From positions 324,942,001-325,006,000 of the forward strand of contig OZ024740.1 in assembly GCA_964016885.1 (NCBI GenBank): a stretch of DNA of 64,000 bases, in the 5' to 3' direction. Positions 14,037-27,600 of this stretch are shown here, in pieces. The DNA is from Eledone cirrhosa. Taxonomy: Eukaryota. The notes under the pieces were generated by a model, which worked only from the letters and a program-made list of their open reading frames with translations, was not told where the DNA came from and made no database searches. Within the stretch, counting starts at the first letter, position 1, and each line of letters begins with the position of its first letter. The translations under genes were made by a program, and so were the position numbers.

Positions 14037-14370
14037 TTAACATTTTTATATGTACTTATCATGCTGATCTAAGGAAGATTGAGTGTGTGTGAAAAGGCTG
14101 AAGAGTTGAAGTGAAGATACAACTCATAACCAGCAGAATTAAGTGGAGCAACATTAAAAATAGTGGCTTGTTCAAGGTTACAGCGTGCCGCCGGGAATCG
14201 ACCTAAAATCACTTACGATTGCATTCAGAATAATCAAACCACTTAATGTCCGAGTATGTGGCACACTACCTAGCATTCTGATTAGCCTGTACATACACAC
14301 CACTTGGATGTACACATATACACACTTAAACACACACACACACACACACACACACAACACAACACACACA

Positions 14371-15058
14371 CTGAATTATTGAGCCCTCTGCCACTCATGT
14401 CGAATTTTGTTTATCGTGAACTCGTGTGCCGATTTTTCGATACTCGATTATTCTACTATATTTAGCTCTAGACTTAGCTATTGACCAGTTAATTTGATTG
14501 TTCATTTTTTGTCGATCCTATTAAATGATGAATAGCTCCTGTTTATTTTAACATGTCTATTGAGCACTCTTATTCGATATGTGATTTTCCACATTCCCGA
14601 ATATTTTTCGCGGATATAGAGGTTATCTCCCTTGCTGGATTCCATGTGCGTTTTCAGCTAGGGTTGGCTTTTTTATTCGTTTGGACAAAGCTCGTTGATA
14701 AAGTATTTCCTGTCCGCCGCTCTCTAGAAGTCTTATATATTTTTATGTGGGCTGATAGTGGGCGGTTTAAGGATTTACAGAAACCCAAGAAGCTAGATTT
14801 ACCATCTTTCTAGTGGGTCCGGGTAAGCTTTTTACATTAATATTATTTATTGATTTATTGATATTTTATCTGAGTGACCCGAATCTTCCTGATCGTAATT
14901 TTTCGGTCGTATGGTTGATTTTAGACATAATCTATGTGTGTTGGTATTTTAACGATAGTTATAGCTCTGATTTATCTGAATTATTGAGCCCTCTGCCACT
15001 CATGTCGAATTTTGTTTATCGTGAACTCGTGCGCCGATTTTTCGATACTCGATTATTC

Positions 15059-15065
<7 letters not shown>
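14371..15065. repeat. 605-bp unit with a ~90-bp terminal direct repeat
   Basis: 14371-14461 equals 14976-15066 with one substitution. Confidence 0.85.
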
Positions 15066-15126
<61 letters not shown>

Positions 15127-15257
15127 GTGAGGTTTTTTTTACAAAATGAAAAATAACCGAGGTGTCCTACACGAGTGAAAGTATAAAGGAAAAAAGATGA
15201 AATCGAAAATGCAACTGGAGTCTTATTTTTTTTTAAATATATATATTTATTTGGTTC

Positions 15258-15293
15258 CTTTACCGGTTTCGCAGTTCTTCTGCTTTTCAAAAG
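15258..15293 (-). ncRNA. Minimal hammerhead, U3-A8 core variant (inverted pLTR)
   Basis: CTT-TTGAAAA-GCAG/CTGC-GAAA-CCGG-TA-AAG. Confidence 0.7.
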
Positions 15294-15843
15294 TAGAGTT
15301 GAGATGGTGGGTCTGTGGTTTTTCTCATATCTGGTTGGTCTCTGAATGTTACTTGTTTTATATGGAAAAAGTGGCTCGAAATGCCAGGTTTTTCGAGAAG
15401 TAATTTGATTGGTTGGTCAATAATTATAATAAATTTCGCGCCAGTTCGCGTTACAATAGTTCTTCAAATAAGAGGGGGGGGGGTTGTCACAGGTTGTTTT
15501 TTTTCATATATGAGTGTTTGTTTGAATTTCTTTTTACTTGAAAAAAGGGGCTCACGAAGGCTTTTCTTTTAAAATAAGCGTAATTTGATTGGTTATAAAT
15601 GAAATTATGGCTGTCACGTGAACAAGTTTTCATTAAATTTTTGCGCCTTATTTGGAAATCCATTCTGTAGCCTTTTTAGAGAATTTTATGATAAGTAAAA
15701 GATAATGGTAAAGAGAAATGGGATGGGAGAATTGTTCTGGTTCAGTGAATATGGTTAGTTCGCTGGGGTGTCAGAATTCAGATTTTCTATTGAATAAAGA
15801 AAGTAAAGATATGTATGTTTATTTGTGTGCTTGTGTGTATGTG

Positions 15844-15920
<77 letters not shown>

Positions 15921-16041
15921 AATTTCTTTTTACTTAAAAAAAAGGTGGCTCACGAAGGTTTTTTTTAATAAACGTAATTTGATTGGTTATAAATGAAATT
16001 TGGCTGTCACGTGAACAAGTTTTCATTACATTTTCGCGCCG

Positions 16042-16776
16042 TTGGAAAAATTTCAAACAGAAATAGAACTGTTGCGATTAAGAGCCAACTCCAACGAAGA
16101 AAAATTCAAGTCACTCGACCAACAGATGGACACAGAAATCTCAAAGCACTCTGAAGGCCTACTCTACAAAAAACCCCTAAAACTTTGGAAAGAAAACTGT
16201 GAGGATGAAGAACTAACATCCCTCCAGCGATGGGAAAAAAACGCCACCTGGTTCAACAACTACGAAATGGACTTCAAAAATTAACAACATGCAGGTAACC
16301 CATTTTTAAAACAAACTAAAACTCACACACTACATGCACAACAAATAACAAAAAAAGTAACAAAACGTCCAACATACCCCCGGCAAAACTATAACGATAA
16401 TCCCAGAAACCGTAGATAAAGCTATAACCCTACTAACAAAAACCGAAAATCTCCGAACACAAGGTAGGACCCGATCCGCAGATCACAACCCACACAAAAC
16501 ATATTCCAAAACCGTAGACCCCTGCCCACACAGAGCCTGTTCCAAAACCGTAGATCCCAACCCACACAAAGGAACAAAATCTACAACCCGGACTATCAAC
16601 AAACCGAACCTCAATACGTCCGAAACTTCTATACAAGACCACACAACAACAGAGGAAATACCATTAGATATAATAATACCATTGAAAAAACATTCCAGAA
16701 AAATCATTTTTTAGACCAAGGCTACAGGACTTACGACACCCGGTGGCACAAACCGATTTTGAAAAACCGAAAATAA
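16042..16776 (+). pseudogene. PLE upstream ORF1 remnant (helical, coiled-coil-like N-part then Arg/Asn/Gln/Pro-rich repeats), 5'-truncated
   Basis: One continuous frame EKFQTEIELLRLRA...FQKNHFLDQGYR..KNRK*; three internal stops (TAA, TAA, TAG) but no frameshift. Confidence 0.7.
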
Positions 16777-19014
16777 TCAACCTTTCAAATACAAACTTCT
16801 CAGCCCAACAAGTAAAAATTCTCTCCAAAGGACTGAAATTCACACCAACACCACAATACTCTAACCCCAATGAGGTAAATGACGATATCTCACACTTCTG
16901 TAGAAAATTACGTCTCACAGAGGAATTCTTTGACAAGGAGAATAACGACCAATCAATTGTACGGAATAAAAGCAGCTACAACCCAACAAAAGGTAGAAAC
17001 AGAGTTCTGGACAAATTTTGTGACCACATAGCTACCTTCCCATACCATGAACTACCGCCAGCTAAACCCAAACCCAACACGAGTCGAAGGGAATGGGAGA
17101 TTATCCATGAACTAAAAAACAATACGGAGATTATAATTAAGGAAGCGGACAAAGGAAGTACTGTTGTCATTATGGAGGCTGAAAAATATAAAAATTCTAT
17201 GTTCTCTCTCTTACAAAATACTAATTACTATGAAAGAGTAAAAAACTACCAGCAATCAAAAACAATGACCAGATTAAACACACTGATTTATCGATACCAG
17301 GAAGACCTAACTAAAAAGGAACGCGATTATTTAACAAATTTTGAATACAAAACCAGCAACCTTTACGGACTTCCGAAGATCCACAAGTGTAAAATAATTA
17401 ACGATGCCTGTAAACAATCCACCTGAGCCTGCGTGAACACACAATACCCCACAGACCTTAAATTGAGACCAATTGTAGCGGGCCCACAATGTGAAACACA
17501 CAGACTGAGCAACTTTATAGACATACTACTGAAACCAATTCTCAAACACATACCAAGCCTTGTAAGAGACGATCTGGACCTCTTAAACCACCTCCCCAAA
17601 CATGTCAACAACGACACTATTATTGTGTCTTTCGATGTAGTGAATCTCTACACAACGAACCCACACCAATACGGACTAGAAGCAATAGGATTCTGGCTAG
17701 AGAAATATCCCAATGAGATACCGGACAGAATAGAAAAAAGCTTCATCACCGAGGGATTAAAATTCATCTTACAGAACAAATTTTTTGATTTCGATGGCAA
17801 TACTTACAAGCAAATATCGGGGACTGCGATGGGTACAAAAGCCGCTCCAACTTATGCCAACTTAGTCATGGCATACTTAGAAGTCCAGATATATGAACAG
17901 TCCAAATTAAAATACGGATTGAACTTCCACAAATATTTATCAGAGAATTGGAAACGCTACTTGGATGATTGTCTCATTCTTTGGTCCCACACACTCGACC
18001 AACTGAAAGATTTCAAAAACTTAATAAACGGCATCAATAACCACATCCAATTCACAATGGAATACAGCCAAGTTCAACTCCCATTTCTGGACATCTTAAT
18101 CTTAAAAAAAGACACAAATATTGAAACTGACATACACTACAAACCAACAGATTCCAAACAATATCTGCTATTCACCTCCAACCATCCAAAGCACACGAAG
18201 ACGAACATTCCTTTTAACCTAGCAAGAAGAATTTGCACAATTGTCTCCAATTATGAAACGCGAAATAAAAGACTTCAAGAATTAAAGGAAATTCTACTCG
18301 AGAGAGAGTACCCACTATTACTAATAAATAATGGAATAGAAAGGGCTAAAGCAATAGGCATTGATGAATTACGAAAACAGAAACAAATTCAAGGTACGTC
18401 CCATATTCTATCATATATCTCAACACATAACCCAAGAAATTCGGAAGCTTACAACACTATTCACAAGAACATGCCACTACTAAAACAAAACTCAAGAATG
18501 AAAAGAAGCCCTTGAAACACACAAAATAATCAAAAGCAAAAGACAACCAAAATCACTGAAAACATTACTCACCAATGCCAAATTACCTACCACAAACCCA
18601 CAACCAAGTATCAAAAAATGTGGTCGCTCTAATTGTGGAACCTGCACTCACATCATTGAAAGCAACACGTATACATTTAAATCAGGACAAAATTTTACTG
18701 TAAAAAATCACTTCACTTGCTCATCAAAAAATCTGCTTTATGCCATTAAATGTAAAGGATGCCATGAAGATTATATAGGACAAACTAAACTCACACTCAG
18801 AAACAGAATGACAGTTCATCGCCAACAATTACGAGATCCAACCACGAGATAGATACCACTAAGCGCACATCTAGACATTTGCGCAAGTAATAACACACCC
18901 AAATTCCAAGTCTTCCCATTTTATCTTTGCGCTAACAATACAACAGAACAAATACGAATAAATAAGGAAAATATGTTTATTCAAAAATGTAGACCAGCAT
19001 TAAATATGGTTTAA
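16686..19014 (+). pseudogene. PLE reverse transcriptase + GIY-YIG endonuclease (ORF2)
   Basis: KEADKG, YGLPKIHK, RPIV, SFDVVNLYT, GTAMG, RYLDD, LPFLD; linker CGRSNCGTC; NLLYAIKCKGC..YIGQT..R..H; PALN. Lesions: TGA 17424-26, frameshift ~18505, TAG 18850-52. Confidence 0.95.
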
Positions 19015-19848
19015 TATACATTATGTCAACACCATAATATGACATAGACACACACACATAACATCTTCTACTTTAGAAAATAAAAACCCGAACTAAATAA
19101 ACCTTAACATACGTTTGCGCAGACAATACAACAGAACAAATACGAATAAATAAGGAAAATATGTTCATTCAAAAATATTCCTACTAAAGGAATCATTTTC
19201 CTACACACACACACACAATATATATATATATATCTATATCTATATATATATATATATATATTCTCTTCATCTTAACATGCTAACCATACTCCCACACACA
19301 TAACACCCATACACACACATAACAACCCCCACACCCACAACTCCCTCCCCCATTTCTACTAATAGAACCACTTTCCTACACACATATATACACACACACA
19401 AAATATATATTCTCTCCATCTTAACATACTCGCACTCACACACACATAACACCCATATACACACACACAACTCCCTCCCCCATTTCTACTAATAGAATCC
19501 CCTTCCAATACACACACACACACAAGCACGCAAATAAACATACATACCTTTACTTCAATAGAAAATCTGAACTCTGACACCCCAGCGAACTAACCATATT
19601 CACTGAACCAGAACAATTCTCCCTTCCCATTTCTCTTGACCACTATCTTTTGCTTGTCATAACATTCTCTAAAAAGTCTACAGAATAGATTTCAAAATAA
19701 GGGCGCAAAAATTTAATGAAAACTTGTTCACGTGACACCCAAATTTCATTTATAACCAATCAAATTACGTTTATTAAAAAAGCCTTCGTGAGCCACCTTT
19801 TTTTAAGTAAAAAGAAGCTCAAACACACACACACAACACACACACACA

Positions 19849-19897
<49 letters not shown>

Positions 19898-20432
19898 GCA
19901 CACAAATAAACATACATATCTTTATTTTCTTTATTCAATAGAAAATTTGAATTCTGACACCCCAGCGAACTAACCATATTCACTGAACCAGAACAATTCT
20001 CCCATCCCTTTCTCTTGACCATTATCTTTCACTTATCAAAAAATTCTCTAAAAAGGCTACAGATGTGGATTTCCAAATAAGGGCGCAAAAATTTAATGAA
20101 AACTTGTTCACGTGACAGCCATAATTTCATTTATAACCAATCAAATTACGCTTATTTTTAAAAAAAAGCCTTCGTGAGTCCCTTTTTTCAAGTAAAAAGA
20201 AATTCAAACACTCATATATGAAAAAACAACCTGTGACACTCCCCCCCCCCCCTCTTATTTGAAGAACTATTGTAACGCGAACTGGCGCGAAATTTATTAT
20301 AATTATTGACCAACCACTCAAATTACTTCTCGAAAAACCTGGCATTTCGAGCCACTTTTTCCATATAAAACAAATAACATTCAGAGACCAACCAGATATG
20401 AGAAAAACCACAGACCCTCCATCTCAATTCTA

Positions 20433-20468
20433 CTTTTGAAAAGCAGAAGAACTGCGAAACCGGTAAAG
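20433..20468 (+). ncRNA. Minimal hammerhead, U3-A8 core variant (3' pLTR)
   Basis: Identical to the 15258-15293 copy. Confidence 0.7.
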
Positions 20469-20538
20469 GAACCAAATAAATATATATATATTTTTAAAAA
20501 ATAAGACTCCAGTTGCATTTTCGATTTCTTCTTTTTTT

Positions 20539-20592
<54 letters not shown>

Positions 20593-20988
20593 CCAGTTTT
20601 AGAATTCCCTTTTTCGGATTATATTACTGTGAGAGCCCTGGTTTTCTGTTGAGCTCTGCTGATGATTGAAATTCCAACTGCGACCATCTCCACTGAAAGT
20701 TTTCATGAAATAGTCTTTTAAGACTATACAGAGCATTTGATGTTATTCCAAATTGAAGGATAAGTGTTTCAAACTTTATTTTATCATGAGTTAAAGGTCT
20801 ATAGATTTTCCCTGGATTTCACTAAATTCTGTGGATGAATTTATATCCTGATTCTCTTTTGAGATGAGTTTGAGTTATTTTTCCTAAATCTTTCGTTAAC
20901 TACTTTTCCCATCTTGACGTTATAGTCGCATATATGTTATAGAATGCCGTTAGCTTCTTGCTAAAACAATCTCTATACCTCTCATTTA

Positions 20989-21068
<80 letters not shown>

Positions 21069-21762
21069 AAAAGAGTTAGGACCCCGCCGGCTGAGTTACG
21101 GTTGTTTCGACAGCCAGATCTGAACTATATCTGAAAAAAAAAAAATATATATATATACTTATATAAATACGCTCACATAAATACACACGTAAACACAAGC
21201 ATATTCTCAGAGTATCTGACGATACACTTTGGTGCTAATGTAGTAGCAACTAAATTTCTTTTAGTCAGCTAAGAAGAACTGAGTGGCGGCGAATATATTG
21301 TCTCTATAAAGGCCATAACGCATCGCAGGGAAACGAAACACTATAAAAACTCATCCACGCATCCTCACACAACTGCATTATACAGCAATGTAAAGCACAT
21401 CAACAGGCAACATAACTTGGTCTCAGTAATATGGTGGAACTAATTAAATGAAGAATATTTTTGGAAAACAAAATAAAAGAGAGTAAATAGAATTTAAAAA
21501 ATAGCTATAAATAATTATATATGAGAATGAAACTAAAATGTTATATATATATATATGTATATATTGTATGTGTGTCTATGTACATGTAAATATATGTGTG
21601 TATATGTATGTTTATATAAATACATACAAACACACTCACACACACGCACACACTCACACATACACACATGCGCGCACACACGCATACACACACACATACA
21701 CACACATATATATATATACACATATATATTTATATATATGTACATATATATATAATATATAC

Positions 21763-21803
<41 letters not shown>

Positions 21804-22328
21804 GAGAGACAGAGAGAGAGACAGAGAGAGAGAGACAGAGAGAGAGAGAGAGACAACACAGAAACTATGTTAGTCCCATTGGGACGACATAAGGTAATAG
21901 AATTAGAGCGACCTCGATACGTGGAAAATTTAATAAGTAGAGAGAGGGAGAGAGAGTGTGAGAGAGTGTGTGTGAGAGAGAGAGAGAGAGAGGGAGACAG
22001 TATAGATATTTATAGTAGCATAAATAGAAAATCCCTATTGAAAAATATATATTTTCAGTACAGCTTCCTCACTGTTCTATATTTAGGGTTTCTATTTTTC
22101 TATCATAGTGGGAATACAATTAGAGTGTCCTCCCTTTGTTTTGTTTTTCTTTTTAACTAGATTCAAAAACCGAACAACTGGCAGTTAGCAGTCAGAATAG
22201 TAAATCTTGTATAAATAGGTACGCACAGTCATACACGCACACACATATATATATATATATATATTTGATATATATATATAAATCTGTATACATATATGTA
22301 TATATATATATATATATAAATGATATAA

Positions 22329-22396
<68 letters not shown>

Positions 22397-22400
22397 CTGT

Positions 22401-22458
<58 letters not shown>

Positions 22459-22559
22459 CTGTATACATATATATATATATATAAATCTATATACATATAT
22501 ATATATATATATATATAAATCTGTATACATTTATAAATATATATATATATATTTCTATA

Positions 22560-22940
22560 GTTTAATAAATAAACAGAGAACAAAAGTCAGAAAAACGAAG
22601 AGTCAGTACTAATGACATTACTATTAGTTTGACGCTTGAGAGTGGGAGGTGGGGGACGACGTTTCGGGCATAAGCCCTTCATCAGGAGAAAAGTGGGTAG
22701 GAAGAGAGTTCCGAGGGTGTGTGGGTGAGTGGTAGAAAGACCTTTTTAAAAAATGGGGGGGGGGGTAAAAAACTTTATTTAGAGAATAAAGGAAATTTTT
22801 CTAAAATAAAAATAAACAAGTGGTGAAAGGGTGTGAGGCGTGTAGGGTGGTGGTGGGTGGAGAGGGGTGGGGAGGGGAGAGGGAGGCGGGGGTCCGAGCG
22901 GGGAGGGCTGAAGGTGGTGTTTGTGTATGTGTGTAGGTGT

Positions 22941-22995
<55 letters not shown>

Positions 22996-24995
22996 TGAGA
23001 GTTGGGGGAAGAACGAGGTTCCATGTTCAGGTAAAAGGGACACCGGTGTGTACATGGAGTGGGGTGTAAGTCGGTGTGTGCGTGCGTGAGATGGAGAGGC
23101 GTCAGAGGGGTGGAGGAGAGAGGGCGTGTGGAGTCCGGAGGCTGAGTGTGTGTATGTGGGGATACGCACGTGTTTGTGTTTATATGTGGTGTGGATGTAG
23201 GTAGCGTGGTTCGAAAATAATGTAAATCTTTGTTCGTGTGTATGTTCCTAAGGTATTTCCATGGAGTATGAGACAAGATGTTGGAGATTCCACGTGTCGT
23301 AGAATGGATAGCTGGAACGATGACCGGTGGTGTGAAATCCTGGTGTGGTAGTGCGGAAGTGGAGTGATGTGGGGTGCGCGCGCAAAAAATAAGTGGTCAG
23401 AGGGTCAAGGCAGGGGGAAGAGATAGCAGTAGTGGAGGATGACAGGTAAAGAAAGGGTCTGTATGTGGTGTGGACTGTGTGTCTGTGTGTGCGGAGGTAC
23501 GGTGAACAGGGGAGAGGATGGGTAGGTGTGAAAGGTGGAGGGAGAAGGTTGTGGTGTGGGGGCTCGGTGTGTATATTAGTGGAGGTGTTAGTGGGATGTG
23601 TGTGTGTGTGAGGGGGTGTAGGTGGAGCGGGGAGAGAGGGAGAGAAAAGGTGTTTGGGGGGAGGAGGAAGTGTAGTGAACTGGTGTGTGTGTCTGCGTGT
23701 TTGGATATGAGTGTGTGTGGTAGAGAGGGTGTTAGTATTACTGGTGGTGGGGAAGGGGTTGAATGCGGATGTGTAAGTGGGAGTTAGTGGTGGTTGGGTG
23801 TGTGGAGTGGGTGGTGTATCGGTGTGTACGTCGGTGTGGGTGGGTGTATGTGTGATGGTGTGTTCGTGTGTGTGGGTGAGGAGGAAGGTGGGTTGGGGGA
23901 TGTTAGTAATATTAGTTGTGGGGTGGTCAGATGTCGATTGTGTGGGTGGGAGTTAGTGGTGGTAGTAGGGTGTGTGGATAGTGTGAGTGCGTGTATATAT
24001 GTACAGGTGGGTGTGTGCGGGTGGGAGTGGGGGTGCGTCGGGGCTAGGGGGAGGGTGGGGATGTTAGTATTGTTAGTTGCGGGAGGGCCGGGTGTGGGGT
24101 ATTAGTGTTATTAGTTGTGGGGTGGGCCAAGGGGGCGGTGAAACTGAGGAGTGTGTTAGTGGTCTTAGTGTGAGATGTGTGGGGTGGAGAGGTGGGGGGG
24201 GGGGGGGGGTTCGAATGCTAAAGGAATAGGGGTGGGGAGTTCAGGCCGGGGGTGTGTGGGTCTGTAGGGTGAAGATGGTGTGTTGCTCGACCGTAAGGCG
24301 GGTGGCGGGTGTCCCATGGCATTGGATCAGGCCACAGAATGTGAGCTGGTGGGCGGAATGTCCAGGGTAGCCAAAGTAGCGGGCGATGGGGGAACTCCCG
24401 CCGAGACGAATATCGTGGAGGTGCTCCGTGAACCAATCCGTCAGGCGTCGTCCAGTCTGTCCGACGTAGGTTGCACTGCACTCCGTGCAGCGAAGTCCAT
24501 AGACGAGGCTGGAGGAGGTGCAGCGGAAGGCATGCCAGATAGAGAGAGAGAGTCGCCGTTGGGACCCTAGAAGGTGGTGGTGTTGGTGATGTGGGGATAG
24601 GTGTAGCAGCGAGGCCTGGAGCAGGGAAGGGAACGGGGGGTGGGGAGAAGAACGTGGGTTGAGGGGTATGGAGCTGCGGAAGAGGAGGTTACGGAGATTA
24701 CGCGCGCGTTTGAAGGAGGGGGTGGGGTGGGAAGATGGGGGAGGTGGAGCGTCGGACTGGAGGCGGAGGAAGAGGTGGAGGATGGTGCGGTGGAGGGGTA
24801 GGTTGGAGGGGTGGTAGGTGATGGGGAAGGGGAGACGGTAGGGGGTGGTTCGGTGGACATCAAGGGCGCGAGTGAGGGTGGTGTGGACGGGGGGTGGGTA
24901 ACATCTCCTGATGAAATGGCTGACTAGAGAAAGGGCCTAGGACTCGAAGTCAGCATTTCGGCTGCAGAGGCGGTGGGTCAGGAGGAGTTGGGTAT
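22560..24995 (-). mobile_element. 5'-truncated, GC-rich Neptune-type PLE (thumb, linker, GIY-YIG, long CA-rich 3'UTR, pLTR)
   Basis: Frameshifted minus-strand reading TQLL..RLCS..HFIRRCYP, KRARNLRNLL, PCSRPRCYT, FRCTSSSLVYGLRCTECSATYVGQTGRRLTDWFTEH..TRLTVEQHTIFTL; HHR core CTGATGA-aGGGC/GCCC-GAAAC at 22655-22690. Confidence 0.85.
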
Positions 24996-25592
24996 CAAAT
25001 GATCACAAACTTCAGAATTACGTAAGAATAAACTAAAAACATTTGTATTTACGTCATCTATTATCTTATATATATACACCTTTCACCATTTGTCTTTGTA
25101 TTTCTCCACTTAAGCATATTTTATCTCGATCATTTTATCCTATAATATAATACATCTCAAACTAGCTATTTTACATAGTAATGTCTATTCGTCCGTATGT
25201 TTATTTTATTTTCTCTCTTCTTCATATCCCCATATTCATGATTAATTTCTATCCCCCTCTGCTTCCTCATCCCTCTTAAACTTCCTCTATTTCTTTCTCA
25301 TCTTCCTTACTTATCCTTCCTCTTTGCCTATGCTATATCCCTCCCCATTCTCTCTTTCTATATATATCTTTATTATTATTAATATTATATTTAATTTGAT
25401 GTGATAGTTTGATTTCGTAACTTTGTCGGTTATACATTTAACTATATCTTCGTTCCTTCTTTCGTCATTTTCTTTCTTCCTCTCTCATTTCCATCTGTCC
25501 CCTTTCCTTTATTTATTTATCATTAATACTATTATTGATGTAGTAATTTGAATTTTTAAGTTTACCGTTACGCATATATTTTATATTTCTTA

Positions 25593-25685
25593 ATAGTTTC
25601 TGATGAAATGATTGAATTTGGACGTACTGTCTAAGTATTTAGCAATTTATAGACAATTCTATCATGGAAACAATTGTAAGACTAT
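25593..25685 (+). ncRNA. Type-I hammerhead with extended stem II
   Basis: ATAGTTT-CTGATGA-aATGAT..ATCATg-GAAA-CAATTG-TA-AGACTAT: 7-bp stem I, intact core, GUA triplet. Confidence 0.75.
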
Positions 25686-25728
25686 AAATACATATCCCTG
25701 TTTGTACTGTCAACCATGTTATTCTTCA

Positions 25729-25775
<47 letters not shown>

Positions 25776-25780
<5 letters not shown>

Positions 25781-26110
25781 AAAGCGCATTGCTTAGTGGT
25801 TGTAGCATTGGGGTTTCAATTGAGAGCTTGTGAGCTCCATTCTTGTTTTCTTAAGCAAGACACTTTATTTCGTGTTGTTCCAGTTGACTCAGCTGTCGAA
25901 ACGAGTTGCGACGTCACTAGTACCAAGCTGTATCGACCATAGCCTTTCCCTTGGACAGCATCAGTGGTGTGGAGAGAGTAGACTGGTATGCATGGGCGAC
26001 TGCTGGTCTTCCACAAATATCCTTGCCCTGACTTGTGCCCGGGTAAGCAACTTTGCAGCTGCAAATCACATGGTAATTCGTGAACTATGGGGGCCTTAAA
26101 GATAAGTACA
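25776..26110 (+). mobile_element. tRNA-derived CORE-type SINE (family B)
   Basis: tRNA-like head GCGCATTGCTTAGTGGTT, CORE-like AGCAAGACACTTTATTTC..CCAGTTGACTCAGCTG. Confidence 0.7.
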
Positions 26111-26170
26111 ACCTCAGGATTGTAAGCCAGATACTGTAAAAGCTAAGCCAAGCGCTTTCACATGTATATG

Positions 26171-26790
<620 letters not shown>

Positions 26791-26916
26791 TACATATGTA
26801 TATATATTAGCAGAAAAACAGGTTTTCTGCTAGCACATGTAGTGTGCATATTGGTATTATACGCAAATATATATGCATATAGATATATGTAAATTGAAAA
26901 GTAAATTGACAATATA

Positions 26917-27600
26917 TTCTTCTTCGCCCACTTATTTCTGAGAGGGTCGTGGGGGCAGAGTCCTTCTTAAACACACCTTCCAGCGAGTCTGCCAGTAGCA
27001 AACATCTCTAACTGATCCAGCTGGATCCCAAAGTGTGACCCGCCAAGCGCATGGATGTTATCCCACTATCTTGCTTAGGGTCTACCTCTGGGTATCTTGC
27101 CGGTTGGTTTTTGCCTGTAAAATATGTCCAGCGATTCTTTACTGATACATTCTAACCGCATGCTCATAATATCGGAGTTGTGATGCCTCAATTCGGGGAA
27201 GTAGCGGTTCTACCATAAGTGACTCTCTGGTCTCTGAGCTATGCACTTTATCGAGTAACGTTACTCCTAAGACCCTTCGGAGGAACCCCATTTCTGCCAC
27301 TTTTATTTGCAATTGTATTCTTTTGGTCATTACTCAAGATTCAGGATCTTAAGTAAGAGTAGGCAGGAATACCAGGAAGACAGCGAGTTTGGCTTTTACA
27401 CTTACCCACTTCATCTGATTGCTGAATGCTAAGGCTGGCGCTTTACTGCATCAGCTTTTGCAATTCTTGCACTTAGTTCATCCCCTCCATTCCATCACTC
27501 ATGAACACGGCCCTGAGACACTTGAACTTCTCTAGCTGCTTCAGTAGAACTCCATGCACAAGTATATAAATTTGAGGGACTTCTGTCCACTCGTCCATCA
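26917..27600 (-). mobile_element. RTE-clade LINE 3' fragment
   Basis: LKQLEKFKCL..FMSDG, AEMGFLRRVLGVTLLDKV..RIEASQLRYYEHAVRM; short (GAA)n tail; same family as 55716-56078. Confidence 0.85.

Larger units (their letters stand above)
15121..20545 (+). mobile_element. Near full-length Neptune-type Penelope-like element with an inverted 5' pLTR
   Basis: 15182-16039 is the reverse complement of ~19700-20543; RT + GIY-YIG between; ~370-bp tandem duplication in the 3' region; flanked by (TA)n on both sides. Confidence 0.95.

Noticed and set aside
17424-17426. In-frame TGA as selenocysteine, as reported for some Naiad PLEs
   Set aside because: It does not lie in a conserved Cys motif, and the copy also has TAA/TAG stops and a frameshift, so ordinary decay is more likely
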